DNA of 64,000 nt from Trichoplax adhaerens (Eukaryota; Animalia; Placozoa), in contig NW_002060946.1 of assembly GCF_000150275.1 (NCBI RefSeq), positions 7,778,441 to 7,842,440 on the forward strand. Direction: 5' to 3'. Position 1 is the first letter of the stretch. Every line of letters starts with the position of its first letter. The notes beneath the pieces are model-generated. The model was not told where the DNA came from, searched no databases, and worked only from the letters and a program-made list of their open reading frames with translations. Positions 47,251 to 61,376 of this stretch are shown one piece after another. Both the position numbers and the translations under genes were made by a program.

Positions 47251-48510
47251 GCACCCTTTCCTCGGATGGACGGACTTTGCATACCAGAGCCAGGCGAAAA
47301 TATCGAAAAATAATTACTCAGTATGGCTCTTCCGTGTCCGTTTTCCAAATCATTCTCATTAATTGGACCAACATTGATGATCTAAAGTGACTACTTCAAA
47401 GCAGAGCTTACTAACACCAAATACAATACAATTTAATATGACTTTATTTAGAAAAATCAATCAATTCAGAATCGACTGTCTACACACTAAAGTACTGTCA
47501 TAATGAAGTGTTGGGCACAATTTGGTGATCAAATTTAGCTTAATGTCTGTCCGTCCAAATTTGACCTAATTTCCGGCGTTAGCCAATAACAGCAACACCC
47601 AAGAGAATAACCTTGAATTCTTGATCAAGGCCATAACAGGAAATAGGGGCTCATCATGATGGAGTATTCGTAGAATGATACTAGAGCATAGCATCACAAA
47701 GAATATAGTTGTTAGTTTCAATTAGGACGTGGATCACCAAACATACTAACGGTTAGCAGTTTCGCTATCGTCTTTCACCATAAGAATAATAAAAGAAACC
47801 GCGAAACGAATCCTTCATGTCCATGGTCAGGACTAGGAATTATTAATTTGTTCAACTCATGACCCCCGTGAAGGTGTTAAGGGATATTTGATATAAGGAG
47901 AGAAACAGTTATTTCACAATAAAATACCTAAACGACATCATCATCACTCAAATAAATAATTTAATATTACTTATTAATAATTATTACTATCGACTGTAAA
48001 CAGGGCATCAAGTGAAAGCAATCCATATCTGTTCTAAAGCAGCCGTTAATATTAGGCGTACAAGTATGCCTTTACTATTACGACACTTAAGTTAAGTGTT
48101 CGTAGACACAAAAACTTTTAGGTATTTTCTCGAACCCTATTAGCGAGTATGCGTATTACTGATGGAGAGCGATTTTGCTCATCGATTTAATAGTTTGTCA
48201 TAATAGAAGCAATAGCTTATCTCCATTTTCTAGGTATATGCATAAGGCCAACAAAGAGTGCTACCTATTCAGTCAGTGAACAAGCAAAATTGATGCTCAT
48301 CTAGGAAATATTGTTAGTGTGCAATGGAATCTATCTTCAGCTACAGTTACAAATGTGCCAACAATTGCCATACGATGTTAGAAATGATCCATTAAAGTTA
48401 TTATAACGATAGCAGAACTACAACAACTGGCCTACATACGCGTATGCGATACCCGTATTTACTAGAATATATTTTTTTTTTTCATGCGTGGGCAATAGCA
48501 AATTAAAATC

Positions 48511-49548
48511 ATGACAAGTAATATAAGCGGCTCCATTATCAGTCAAGGATTTTTCTATCAAGTAAAAATATTTCGTATTGGCCTTAGTCTAGCGACTGCA
48601 GTAATTTTTACAGTTGGTTTGCTAGGAAACTTATGTGTCATAGCAACACTAACAAGGATTAGAAGAAATAAATATAATTCATTGATGTACTACTTAATTC
48701 TAAATTTAGGCATATATGACATTTTAGTCATTTTAATTATATTGCCAACATTTACGGTTCGAAATTTAAAATTTTTTTGGCCCTTCGGCTCACTTTTATG
48801 CTATTTACTAAATAACTTAGCCGTTTTATTAACGATCGGCTCAATTGCAACGATGGTAGCTATCGCCATGGATCGCTACTGGGTTGTACTATACGCTGCA
48901 AGTCCAGTTCGTCGACAAATACCGAAAAAGGTTGTAACGGTAATCATTTTTGCCATTTCCTTCGTAGGTACTATTCCATTTATGATATATACCGCTTACG
49001 ATACCTCTCTACCGGCATTACCGCAATGTACTTTAACCTTTTCATCCAATTTGGCATCTGACGTCAAGAAATTACAGGTTTTCTCTGCAATTACTTTTGG
49101 AATGCTTTTTGTAGCCCCTCTATTTATAGTCAGTGTGATATATTATCGCTTACTCATTATTCTGCGGCGACGATCTAGGAATAGCGATGAAAGAATATCT
49201 CAAACCTACATTAAGGCTACAAGAAAAACCATCAAAATGGCTATACTGGTCAATATGATGTTTATAATGTGCTGGATACCATGGTATACGTGCCTCCTCA
49301 CTTCACTTTACTACAAAAATTTGCCATTAACTCTTTATTTAAACTATTATATCATACTGACAGCTGCAAACACCATCACTTTCTGCCATAGTGCTATAAA
49401 TCCTATAATATATGCTGGCTTTATGCATGACTTTCGGCAACCATTGCTACATCTCTACTTATTAATGATTCACTTAAGGCGTTACTTCATGATCAGATTG
49501 AACATAAAATCAAGTAATAATGCAGTTAATCCATTAGACATTGAATAA
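48511..49548 (+). CDS. Intronless class A GPCR, peptide-receptor-like, 345 aa
   Basis: GLLGN, NLGIYD, WPFGSLLC, AMDRY, ECL2 Cys, FVAP, CWIP, NPIIY. Confidence 0.93.
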   Translation: MTSNISGSIISQGFFYQVKIFRIGLSLATAVIFTVGLLGNLCVIATLTRIRRNKYNSLMYYLILNLGIYDILVILIILPTFTVRNLKFFWPFGSLLCYLLNNLAVLLTIGSIATMVAIAMDRYWVVLYAASPVRRQIPKKVVTVIIFAISFVGTIPFMIYTAYDTSLPALPQCTLTFSSNLASDVKKLQVFSAITFGMLFVAPLFIVSVIYYRLLIILRRRSRNSDERISQTYIKATRKTIKMAILVNMMFIMCWIPWYTCLLTSLYYKNLPLTLYLNYYIILTAANTITFCHSAINPIIYAGFMHDFRQPLLHLYLLMIHLRRYFMIRLNIKSSNNAVNPLDIE

Positions 49549-52318
49549 CAAACGATAATTATTGAACGGCTAGTAATGTCATCAATTAACAAAATCAATA
49601 ATGATATGCATCTAAATCATTTATTGTAATTCTACTATTGTTAGCTGATAGTAATATCGTCAAAATAACTAATAATTAACGTGGCTAATACAACGGTCTA
49701 TCTGCGATCATTATACAAATTACGGTATTTGGCATAAAGGAATATTATGATACTAAAATAATAACGTATGATACAGTCTACTTAATTATTATTTTTATTC
49801 ACCATTTGTGGCTCATTCTTTCAATATTCCACTATATACCTACTAATATTATCTTTAAATTATAAATATACTCTCACGGTATATTTCTCAGATGTTTATC
49901 TTAATATGCATTTATCCAGTATTATACTGCTTTAAAATAAAATCGGATACAATGTTATATTTAAATTTATCATAAACCTTATTTCATGAAAATTGGCTAA
50001 CAACACGATGATATAGCAACAAAAACAAGCGTCCTAAAATTTTCATTGAGGTTATCTCTCATTTCAACAGTCAAGCTATAAGAAATCAAGTGCACTAACA
50101 TAATTTATAATATATGATTTCAATTATAAAGAGTTAATATATACGCTCCATGAGCATACATAGTGTACATTACAGAAGCTACGACTATTCATAACTAAGA
50201 TAATATATATTGAATCCAGTTCTTAACTCTGACGTGAAGTTTATTACATGAAGGTTTGTTTTGATGAGTAGCTTTAAAATTTAATTACTTAATATTATAA
50301 CTTCACTTCAATGACCTTCTTATAAACTCATAATCGTAACTTCGTTGATTAGAAATCATAGATTGATTTTGATGTTTATAAGCATAGAATTATCAATAAG
50401 CACAATTCAAATTATACTTGTTTCAAATCCATTCCGCATTTATATTAACTGAATACACGTATATCACTTTCAAGTATTAGCCAGATACCAAGTAATTCTC
50501 TGTAATTGGATATTTTGAATTTAAATTTAAATTCATAATAAAGATAGAGTCGGCTGCAAATCTTCGCTGGCGCGGCTAGTGGAAGAATATTAATTCAGAT
50601 TTGGATGTCCCATATTCCGAAATGAAACACTGTCAGATTTATACATACCATATTTAAAGTTATCGTTTCTTATTGACATTTTTACTCTAACTATCCTTTA
50701 CATAAAATAAAATTGACAATTAGCAACTAAATGTTAAAGTTAATTCATTCTTTTGCTCCATGAAAGATCAGATATAAAGTAGACATTATTGGTCTTAGTT
50801 TGTTATAGATTGTTACACAGAGTCTTTTTCTACTAATAATTTCACAAATCAGATCGTATGCTATCATCATGCTTATAAATATGCTCGTAAAGTATTTAAG
50901 AAACAGCATATCGCATCGCTTTAGATATAGTAGTACTCATTACATCAATCAACGACTTTCTCTATAGTTTTTCTTATTTACTTCTGAAATTTAATGATAT
51001 ACCTCATTACATGGCAATAAATATTCATAGCGTTATGCAATCTACTTTTTATGTAGCATGCCAAGCAATTATACCATAAGCCCCAACTAAATTACTTTAT
51101 TTATTATAACAGATTATAATATTTCGAATTAACATTATGACTCTTGTTTATTCTATTTTTTAACAATGTAACTATAAAATGCAAGTATTAGTCATCAACC
51201 CACGTACAATAATAATAAAAAACTACAACTATCAAAATACGATACAGTTTCAGCAATAATCTATATAGTTTTTATACTAAAATAAAATAAATGATAGCGT
51301 GAATACCAGTAGTATTCACTGTTACTAAAATACTAATGGACATTTCACTTTTCTATTATAATAGAAGGTGAAGCTTAGTTACTAAAGCATTTAAGTCTAC
51401 ATTACAATATGGTATAGCTTTTGAAGCTTTTTTAGCTACAAGACAAATGAGAATAATGATCAAATGTTTATGACACATAGTAAATTCAATACGACCAAAA
51501 TTGCCAAAGTTACCGTGAATTAATAACGTATTAATTTTAATTTTAATTTCCAGCTACGAAACGAATTTGCCAACAAGTATAATAAAGTAAACCGTAATGA
51601 AAATCTTATAAAAGATATAAAATGCAACGGTTGCAATCCTGATATTATATTAAATTTTCTGTATGACTTGGAACACTTTGGTAAATTGCGTTGGAGTTTT
51701 GTTCACTTTAAATTTCGAAAGTCAAACTTACTTGGAAAGCACTTCAATAAACTGTCACTCCTACATATTTCCTTAAAGAGATATCGAAACTTTATACCAT
51801 TTGGAAGCTTACAAATACAATAAAGAATAGTCTTAATATCGTTAAACTATAAATAATTTTCGTTTAAATTCATGAAATGGCAATTAAGTATGAAATATAA
51901 CCATGGTTTAGTAACGGTTTAGAGTTTAGAAATGAATTTAAACAAATTTAATTAAGATAATTATAATTATTTTTTGGACATTTATTATACACAAGAATTA
52001 TTCAGAGACTAATTTACCGTACCAATAAACTAAAATTGCTTATACTGATTGTAATATCAGCCACTACCATTGCTATGACATATGTCGAAATGATTAACTA
52101 TCAAACCTAATATACACTCGATTCTAGTCAGTCAAACTCATCTGGGTTGCTGTTAGTAGTTGCCATTTCCCTGGTTGGTCTCAAATAAAGAGCAACCTAG
52201 GACTAGCAGATATCGGTCAAGTATTGATTGTTTGTGTAGAAGTTGTCCAATTAGTACATTAGTCGGAGTACCTCGAGAATTTCCCGCATCTGCGGATGAA
52301 ATAGTTCTCATACTATAC

Positions 52319-52870
52319 TGTAATGTAACTTAGTATTGTGATTGTAGACTGTTAGCCATGTTTAGTATAACGTACGGTAAATATTTATCCTAAGAGATAT
52401 TTGGTAGCCATAACTATAGATTGCAGTGGTATAGACTCTATACTAGAGTACAGATGACTATATACAGTAAGGTCTTGAGTTACTAATAAGGCTATAGGTA
52501 AAAATAGAACTGTAAATCGTATATTGGGATATGGTCAATTTATTGTACTTTGACCGGTGTGAATAATGTCGACGTAAATACTGTAGTCGTATCCATATTG
52601 GATTAATGATGGTCCGCAGTAGAATAGTGTTACTAAGAATAATTTAACTATGTGTAAAATAAGGTAAAAGGTTGTCATGCGGATTGTAGCTGCGAATGCT
52701 ACAATAAGTATAAAACCATGCAACTTTAGATTATTCTGTTAGTTCGTTCTAGAAATCTTTATTAGTAATATTCGGCTAGAGTAGAGCTGTGTGTAGTTAA
52801 TCTTTATATAAGATTCAATAAAGCCCTTATTTTTCTAAAATTTGGAATTTCGTGATCGGTATATATCACA
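52319..52870 (+). mobile_element. Solo LTR family A copy 3, 552 bp
   Basis: TGTAATGTAAC...TATATCACA, TATAAAA at 52709, AATAAA at 52817. Flanks TATAC / AATAT do not form a TSD. Confidence 0.88.
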
Positions 52871-53405
52871 AATATGTTAAAAATACTGAACGGTAGCACT
52901 ATCATCTGCGTAATGTAATAATATCGCATATTGTCTGCTAGGATAAATCGCTTTAAGTTTATCACATTAAAGTTGAATTCATTTCGTGTAATAATTGCTT
53001 TCTTAATATATCTCTAATTTAATTGAACTTGATGTTTAAGATATCGCATGAATCGCTGCAACTGTTAAAGAAGCTAAATAGGAGAGAAAGAAAATTAGCG
53101 ATCTATGGACTGGTTGATTAATAATTAATTTTGTTACGTTGAGCTTTTAGAATCCCTAAGAATTATAGTTGCTACATTACTGGCTTTAACTTACTAGACA
53201 GTAATAATCTAGCAAATTTAGCCAATTTAATTTTTTTATTCTAGATACTTATTCAATGGTCTATCTTTTTTAAATGATCGCTCACATTATTATTTACAAT
53301 TTCTTTATCGATCAAACTCACAGATTGTTCTATCATCTAAGCATGTATCATTATCCATTTAGTGTCTAAATTTCTTGCGCAGTTAGGACTATTTGTATAG
53401 GTAGT

Positions 53406-53589
53406 TGCTACGGAGCAAAGCACCGTACTTGCTAATTAAATAGATTTTGTTAGTATTTAGCTAATGGATCATATTTGTGTGACCGAAAGTAGTAAAGAAC
53501 TACCATACAGTAGATCTCCAGGTGTGGTGGAGCAAGGCATAAGTAATCTATTAGTTTAGTGTAGTAGTTTGCAACATAAGTTTGTGACA
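53406..53589 (+). mobile_element. Short solo-LTR-like element (D), 184 bp
   Basis: TGCTAC...TTTGTGACA with exact flanking repeat GTAGT (53401-05 and 53590-94). Same 3' end motif as families B and C; single copy in the window. Confidence 0.5.
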
Positions 53590-55999
53590 GTAGTACTTTA
53601 GAGCAATTTATCTATGCATACTAAGCAGACCATAAATATGTGGCATTTGCATTACAATTCATTTCTATAAAAATATTTCAAACTTATTACAAAGTACATA
53701 CTACGTTCTACTTAGCCTATCTAATACCATTATTGACAACCCATATTCTATTAATTAATAATTAATGTAATTATACCTTACGTCAACTAAATATACCGTA
53801 CACATTGGCGTTACTTACCAGTAATCGCTCCATAATGCAAGTCAGGTGATTACTCTATATATTACTATTAACATAGCACACTATTACTTGTGGATACTAT
53901 TCAAGCTTTCTATAGTGAATCTAATGCAATAGATTACTGATTATTAATTTATGCTATTTAAATAATACCAATACTCCCATGGCATTTACTTCAATTCGAC
54001 GCTTGATAAACATCACTTACCCGCAGGCATCATTCGAAAACAATGTGACTTTATTTTTTATTTACAAATCATTTCATTATCCAGCATTATATCTTATAAG
54101 CGTCGCCCAGTAATATATCATGGGTTGGCCATAAGTCGATTCAGCAATTATATAAACTTGAATATTAATGCCAAAAAAACGAATCCTTTTTGATTATGCA
54201 ACACTTTATTGCAAACAAATTCAAACAGTAGCATTTATTTTAAGAAATTGTTTGTTAGCAATAACCAAAAATATTTACATCTTGCTCACTTATTTTCATA
54301 GGGTTGCGTAGCAATGTTGTAACCTTCCTCGAATAAATCAAAATAGTGCAAAACTAGATTCGTTGAAGGAACTTATAAACGCTATCATGAACTAGGCCAT
54401 CGAATCAAATATCAGATAATATACTATGAAATGCTACTAATTTTACTGTCACTATTTTTTAACTCACACCTTAAGCTGTGACGTTTATAACATCAATTAA
54501 AACTTATCGAGTTCACTTTAATATTTTCCATTTTTGCTTATCAATCATAGCCTCAAACTAAGTATTTATTTACTTGTAACGACCAGACGTCGTCATAATA
54601 CCGCATAATTAGATAAGTATCTTTCATAGATATTTATAGGTTTTCTTGAATTTAATCCACTAGCAATAGATTTTAAATAGAGAAATTATAAATCTTTACA
54701 AAACCACTCACAAAACAGAATATTTTTACCTAATGAAATGTAACTTAGTGCTTTTATTTACTAGTACAAAGTTGTATCACAGTTGGATTTCTACACGATC
54801 TAAATATCAAGAGGATAGTTTAAGCTTTCCTCATTTAAATAGGTGGGTGGCCTTTCGCCAATCATCATTTAATATTGTACTTACGATAATATATCATCTT
54901 AAACAAACAGGTTGTTTTTCTCTAATATTTTACAAAGCTATTCTTTAATTATATAGCGTCTCTATTGAATGATCACTTTATATTTTGATTTCCGACTTCA
55001 TTTACATGACAATACTAGGCTTGGGCTAGTTAATAAATAATTAAACCTTCTCCATCAATCAAATTTCTTCTTCTTTCTTTTAATAAATTAATGAGGTCAC
55101 TGATACTTATGTCATCCAGCTATTTCTAGTGTCTATCTAATATGATTACTTACAGTAACAAGTGATTGTCGAATTGGTAGTCAAGTAAATTATGTTATGA
55201 TGGTATAAAAGCATTGTTAAAAGCAAGCCATGATAGCGCACATTATTGCATTGACCAAAGGCAGTGAATAACAAGTCAGCTAATAGAGATTGTTAATCAT
55301 TTGATATTATTTAATCAAATCCGAATCAAGATTAACTTTAAGTCGATCAATCCTGAAATAGTACGACATCTTTTGTTTCATTGAAGGGGAAAGAGACTAT
55401 CGTTGGCCTGTCAATACGGTAGAGGAAGTTGTAGTGTTAAAGTAAGAAATAAAAGCTTAATGAAGAAAAAATAGAAAGATTAATGCAAGACTGAAATTAG
55501 CGAAAAAATATACAGGAAACTTTGATTACCTATCGAATAGTAACGTTCAACGGAAGTAAAATCTTCATTTTCAACGTGCTAACAACTATAAAAACCCGAC
55601 AATTACATTTTCTGCTAACAGCTTAAAGGTCATCTATCAAAAGTGGACTAGCGTGATTTGTTCTCATAAAATATAATTTAAAATATTTTTACTAAAGCCA
55701 ATTCTATACCTTGGTTCACTTGACTCTATAATAGAAAGTCACTAGTCTTTGTTTGCGGTTAGGCTCGTAAAGCATCGTGAAAGCGTCTATAAAAGAATCT
55801 TAAACGATATATAATTCATTCATAAGAATTCTTTCTTATTGGTCTTAGTAGAAAGAAAGATTGGTATATACCTATTGATACGAAGACCTTTAACCACTAT
55901 TTTGTTACTAATCCAATTTGTACACTTAAACAATTTTTGCTATCGTTATTAAATTAGACTTTAATGTGAATTTAGTGGCCGGCAACAAATTTTTTCGAC

Positions 56000-57073
56000 A
56001 TGGCCAATGTTTCTGGTAACGTAACATCTACACCTGCTGCAGTTGCTCCGCAAGTAGACCCATGGCTTGGTCTTCGCGTTGGCATCGGTACTGCTGCATG
56101 TATAGTTTTTATACTTGGATTTTTTGGTAATCTAACCATTCTCGTCACCATTATTAAAAATAAAAGAAAAGGTATGAACACCTTAATGTACTACTTGATC
56201 TGTAATTTAGCAGTCTACGACATATTAGTCATGATTATTTCGTTACCGATGACTATCGTCCAAGATTTGGCATTCTATTGGGTTTTTGGTCCAGTTTTAT
56301 GCCGTATTACGCTTGGCCTACCATTTTTATTTGCAGCAGGCTCAATTACAACTATGGTAGCTATAGCTATCGATCGTTATTTTGTTGTACTACAAGCAGC
56401 TAATCCTAACCCAAAGCAAGGCAAGAAAGGTTTAGTGACTTTGATCATTTTCATTATAGCATTTTCGTTTGCTTTGCCTTCTATTATTTACACTCAATAT
56501 GATACATCAGTGCCAGGTTACCCCCAATGTGGTATCGAATTTTCAACTGATCCAAATCAGCAAATGGAGTCTTTACGAATCTATACGATTGCGATATTTG
56601 TCATCCTTTTTATCACTCCCTTACTTATTGTTGTCTGCATATACTCATTAATTTTATATGAGATACACCGACGTAACAATAAAGCTAATCTTCACTATAA
56701 TCGAGCCTATGGTAAAGCTAATCGCAAAACCATTAAAATGATGTTACTAGTATCGGTCACATTTATAATGTGTTGGATACCATTATTTATTTGCTTCTTT
56801 ATTATTGCGTACGGAGCAGTAACCAACCAAACTCGTATAACTTTCTTCTTTATTTATGCTGTAAGCCATTTAGTAAGTTATTGCAACAGTGCAGCTAATC
56901 CGTTAATATACGCTGGATTTACCTCAAGATTTCGAAAATCTTTATGGTATGTGTTCTCACTTCAGATAGTAAAAGAAATCTCAGAGCACCGCTGTGGTTT
57001 GCAGTCACGAGAAACGAAGGTCATGCGATTATCAGTTAGTAAAAGACAAAAATCAGAGCACCGGCAACTTTAA
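56000..57073 (+). CDS. Intronless class A GPCR, peptide-receptor-like, 357 aa, paralogue of 48511
   Basis: GFFGN, LMYYLICNLAVYDILV, WVFGPVLC, AIDRY, YDTS.P..PQC, RKTIKM, MCWIP, NPLIYAGF shared with 48511. Confidence 0.93.
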   Translation: MANVSGNVTSTPAAVAPQVDPWLGLRVGIGTAACIVFILGFFGNLTILVTIIKNKRKGMNTLMYYLICNLAVYDILVMIISLPMTIVQDLAFYWVFGPVLCRITLGLPFLFAAGSITTMVAIAIDRYFVVLQAANPNPKQGKKGLVTLIIFIIAFSFALPSIIYTQYDTSVPGYPQCGIEFSTDPNQQMESLRIYTIAIFVILFITPLLIVVCIYSLILYEIHRRNNKANLHYNRAYGKANRKTIKMMLLVSVTFIMCWIPLFICFFIIAYGAVTNQTRITFFFIYAVSHLVSYCNSAANPLIYAGFTSRFRKSLWYVFSLQIVKEISEHRCGLQSRETKVMRLSVSKRQKSEHRQL

Positions 57074-60000
57074 GCCGATGATAACCTACCTATTAGTTTA
57101 TATTTTTCTTATTCCTTATCTCAGTAACAAGCAAAAGTTAAATTCCGACTTTGACATTACTGATACAAAATCATCTATTACTGATGCATATCAATGAAAT
57201 ATGACATCTCTAACCACATTATCAACGCAACGTCAATCGAATTCCAACATTTACTGGAACCTATATGGCTGGGTATGATGTAAATACTGTTATTTCGATG
57301 CTATTTTATGGAATAATGCAAACAATTTGTTTATCATTTAGTTCAATCTCCTATTTTAAATGCTGTACGCATATTTAATGCTGATTGGTGATATAAATTT
57401 ATCCTACAGTTCTATTATACCGTTATTTTTGTTGAAAAACTTGTACTTTTTCTGATTAGAAATCGATTATGTAGTTATGTGCTTATATAACTTTACACAG
57501 AATTCGGTTATAAAATTGCTAGGAATTTAAAGTAGAATAGAATGTTTGGATTACATAGAAATGACAAAGCATCTTTCTATTAATGCTAGCTACACTAGAA
57601 TTCCAGTATTGAATGACTAAATGTAAGGCTAATAAATTTTGGTAATAACTAGATGGTAGCCTTTCAATATTCATGCTAGCTGTTATTTAATGGCCTCCTT
57701 TAACTCAAAAGGCGTTAACCCTTCAATAGTTTATCTAGCCAATATATATGTAAATATATATATATGTATGCGCCATATGATCCAACTATTTTGGTTTCTA
57801 TAATGAAAATGTACAATTGCATATATGCTTATAATTTTCTTTCTTATTAAAAGAAATTTGCTATAGTTAATTTACGCAAGTCGAAAATGACATATTAATG
57901 CACAGATACTGATGGCACTTATTACCTATAGGAGGTAACTTCAACTACAAAATGTTTTCAGTGAATTGATAGGACTAGAAATTTCAAAGTTTATCTATTA
58001 ATAAATTTACTATCTATTATATCAATACAACGATCTTTTTAATTTAATAGGAATTATTCTCAATTATGATCATTACCATCCATAACGGCGATCAAGCATA
58101 ACTTAGGAAATATATACAACATTTTCAGAAATGAGTTGCTATTAATTTATTGCTTCTAGCTTAATTTGGCATGAATTTTTTAAACATAAATTTACTGTGT
58201 ACTTTTACTATTATTTCCAATTAATTCCCCAATAAATTCAGTTTTTAACTATCGCTTATTCCGTGGATTACAATAATCTTCTGATAGATAACAAGGTTCC
58301 TCACTGTAAATATAATTAAGAGCTGTAGTTTAAATTGCTATGATTTATAATGTTACAGTCTAGTTCGTATCAACAAAAGTAAAAATTTTTTATTGGTATT
58401 TGCACATGTACGAAAATTAAGTCTTCAATTTACTATTTTAATCATTTTCTATTCTGCCTTGCTCTATTATATTAAGAAGAAAAATGGTTTAATAAAATGT
58501 AGTATAAAAACAAACTGAAAGCATATAAAAGTGCTGAGTTTTATTCCCAAAATCGACGTATTTTCTTAAAAACAAATTTATATCGTTGTTAATGCAAAAT
58601 ATTTGCCGAATATTAAAATTTGCATCTGCAAGTCATATTCTATAATGATCCTCACACTTTTAAGATACACAAATGTATGTCCCAATGTAGAAAGGTACAG
58701 TAAATTAAAAGATTGAAGTTGACTTTTAATTAAAAATCGGAACACATAAGACATAGATTTTAACTCTATTTCTATTACATACTATACAATACTTAATTAA
58801 TCTGTCATGATGGGAAATGTTATGATCTATTAATAAATAAGCGCACAATTGTACTATCAATGGATATATGTAAAGAACGATTCTATCTGGTAAAAATAAA
58901 GTCAAATACCGTCATTATAGTTCTAATACCCGGATGTCATAATTTACCGCTTCGCTAAACTTTGCGTGATATTGCTGAATCTTGCATTATGTAGCTGCCT
59001 GTGACTGTATTATCTCTGTCGGCGAAAGTATAGAAAATTTAGCTAGTATCAGTAGTATCGATAAAAACAAAATATACAAAGGCACAATATTTTGATGCGA
59101 TAATCTATTAACCTTATATAGAGAAATAGTTAGAGGAACAAAATCTCTATTTTAATAGCTGTCATTTCAGTCATTTCCACAAAAATAAGCTTATATTTTT
59201 ACTTATTTAGAGTTTTATTTTTCTAATACATGCCAAGTTTTAGAGCAATGAGGCCTTAATTTCACAGACTAGTAAGTAATTAATATCTAAAAGCAATTCT
59301 TAGGAAGTATAATAGTCGGAAACTGTTATTGACATTTGAAAATTTGTTATTCAAAAGCCGATGAGAATAAGGCAAATGAAATTTACGCATAATTACAATT
59401 ACCTTCTGCTGCAAATAAAATCAAATCTTTGAACCGACATAATCAAGATAATAATATCTATTACCGGTATTAACAATAGTATTTAGTAAAGTCAAAAACA
59501 TCGAATTGGTCAGATAATTAATTTAAGTATAATAACCCTAGCGATGGACAGCTTCCTCGAAATTAAATCTTATTGTACCTTTATTTCCTGCTAATAGCAT
59601 CACAATGAATGAAAATTTCTGACATCTCTAATATTTATGAATTATACGCGTAAATGCTCATATGCTGAGCTAACAGGATAAGTGGACAGTAAAATCTAAA
59701 GTTGCCAAAGTTAGTGAACCTTAAAGTGTACGTTTTTGCCTGGCGGAATCAATTTTAGGTGAGATGAAAGTAGCTGCGCGCACAACATGGTCAATTGCCG
59801 TAGTTTTAGATTAGACTAAACTACACAAATAGCAAATATGGACAAAAAACTAAATAAGTACTATGTATCACCTCAGTACTAATATAATAATTAATTAGTT
59901 TGATCAACAAACGAATCTTCATAAAGATCTATTAAACTGTACTACCAATAAATGAGTAGCAATCATTATCTGAAATAATTTCTTCTACTTGCACCATGGA

Positions 60001-61376
60001 ATTTAATCTTTTCAGACTCTAATACTATATTTATCACGTAGTTTCAAGATTACGACATAATTTAGTAAATTTAATGCCTGTTACATTACAGAATAAATTT
60101 CTGCGACATAGTGATAGTTATAATTAATGCTACCTAAAGAAGACCAATAGATCAGGTACCTTACATTAATATAATTGTCCCTTATGGTTTCATAATAAAT
60201 ATGATAGCTTAACCGATACCTTGTAGATTATCTGCTCTACATTGTTGGAATAGCATAGTCTTTTAGTCTATGTTGCCAAAATACCATCTAATTTGTACTT
60301 TAGGATTTAGCTTTGGTAAATACAACTGTTCTGCACGTTATATAAATTACAGCGATTTACGTTATTTATAACATAAATGACAATCTATATAAGCTGTGCT
60401 TAAATTTATCAAATAAAGTAAAATTTGATTCTTGATTGACTTTATCATATATAATGCTCTACAAGATTTTATTTCTGATCCTTTCTTTATTCTATATGTT
60501 TACATTATTTATCTGTCATATACGGCGATTAATAGCTCTTTTTTTCCGCAGTAATTTTAGTATTGAATAGCTACCGTTTCTATTTATCGCTTGTTCTGTG
60601 TAATTTCTAATTGGCAAATATATCATTGCATACGGTTATTACAGACTTTGTCCGATACTTAATTCTATAAAATTCAAAATTAAAATCACTCGGTCTTCGT
60701 GGCAATCTAATCGTTTATTAAATATTCTTTACACCTGGCATCAGATAGCGTATGAATAAAATGATAATTCATAAATAACGAGCCATAATTTTAACCATTT
60801 AGGTAGACAATGCAGCAAACCTAACTGTCTTTTGCTGATAATTAATTGTGTTAGATATTTCCACGGTGAATCTAATTGACTAAAGCTTAATTTTCATGAT
60901 GCTATTTACTGTAAAAACCATACACTAGAGCCATGAAAGCATTTTAGACAATAAATTACTATATAATTTACACGATCACACTCTAATTAATTTGTAACTG
61001 TTTGCGAAAAATAATTTAGAATTTTTAATTGGGGCCTTATTTTATTGTAAACTACCTTCAATCTAACAGACTAATGGCCTAAAAAAAATCTGTGATACAT
61101 AAAAAGTTGGCCCAGATTTACTTTTAGTGACATCATTTCATAGTTTAGTTTTAATGTCAAGTAAAATACATTATCATAATCGTTAAATTTATCGTACAAA
61201 TTGACCTTTCTCACACGGTTGTATAATTTCACTTAAACTATTTTGAGCTTGCTCTGCCCCATAGTATTAACTCTGCTAGCCTTTTTAATAAATACGAAAA
61301 CGAATGCTGCCGATTTACAACATGAATAAATCAGCAGATTTGCTTATATAGTAATTATTTTAATAAAATACATCAT

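Noticed and set aside
46340-47362. Overlapping short ORFs (46340, 46389, 46973, 47001, 47117)
   Set aside because: By-products of stop-poor TACAG/CTGTA low-complexity sequence; no protein motifs.
52535-52723. 62-aa ORF
   Set aside because: It lies antisense within a solo LTR and has no recognisable protein similarity.
48511-57073. Opsin identity for the two canonical GPCRs
   Set aside because: The position equivalent to rhodopsin Lys296 (6 residues before the N of NPxxY) is Phe and Tyr respectively; there is no retinal-binding lysine.
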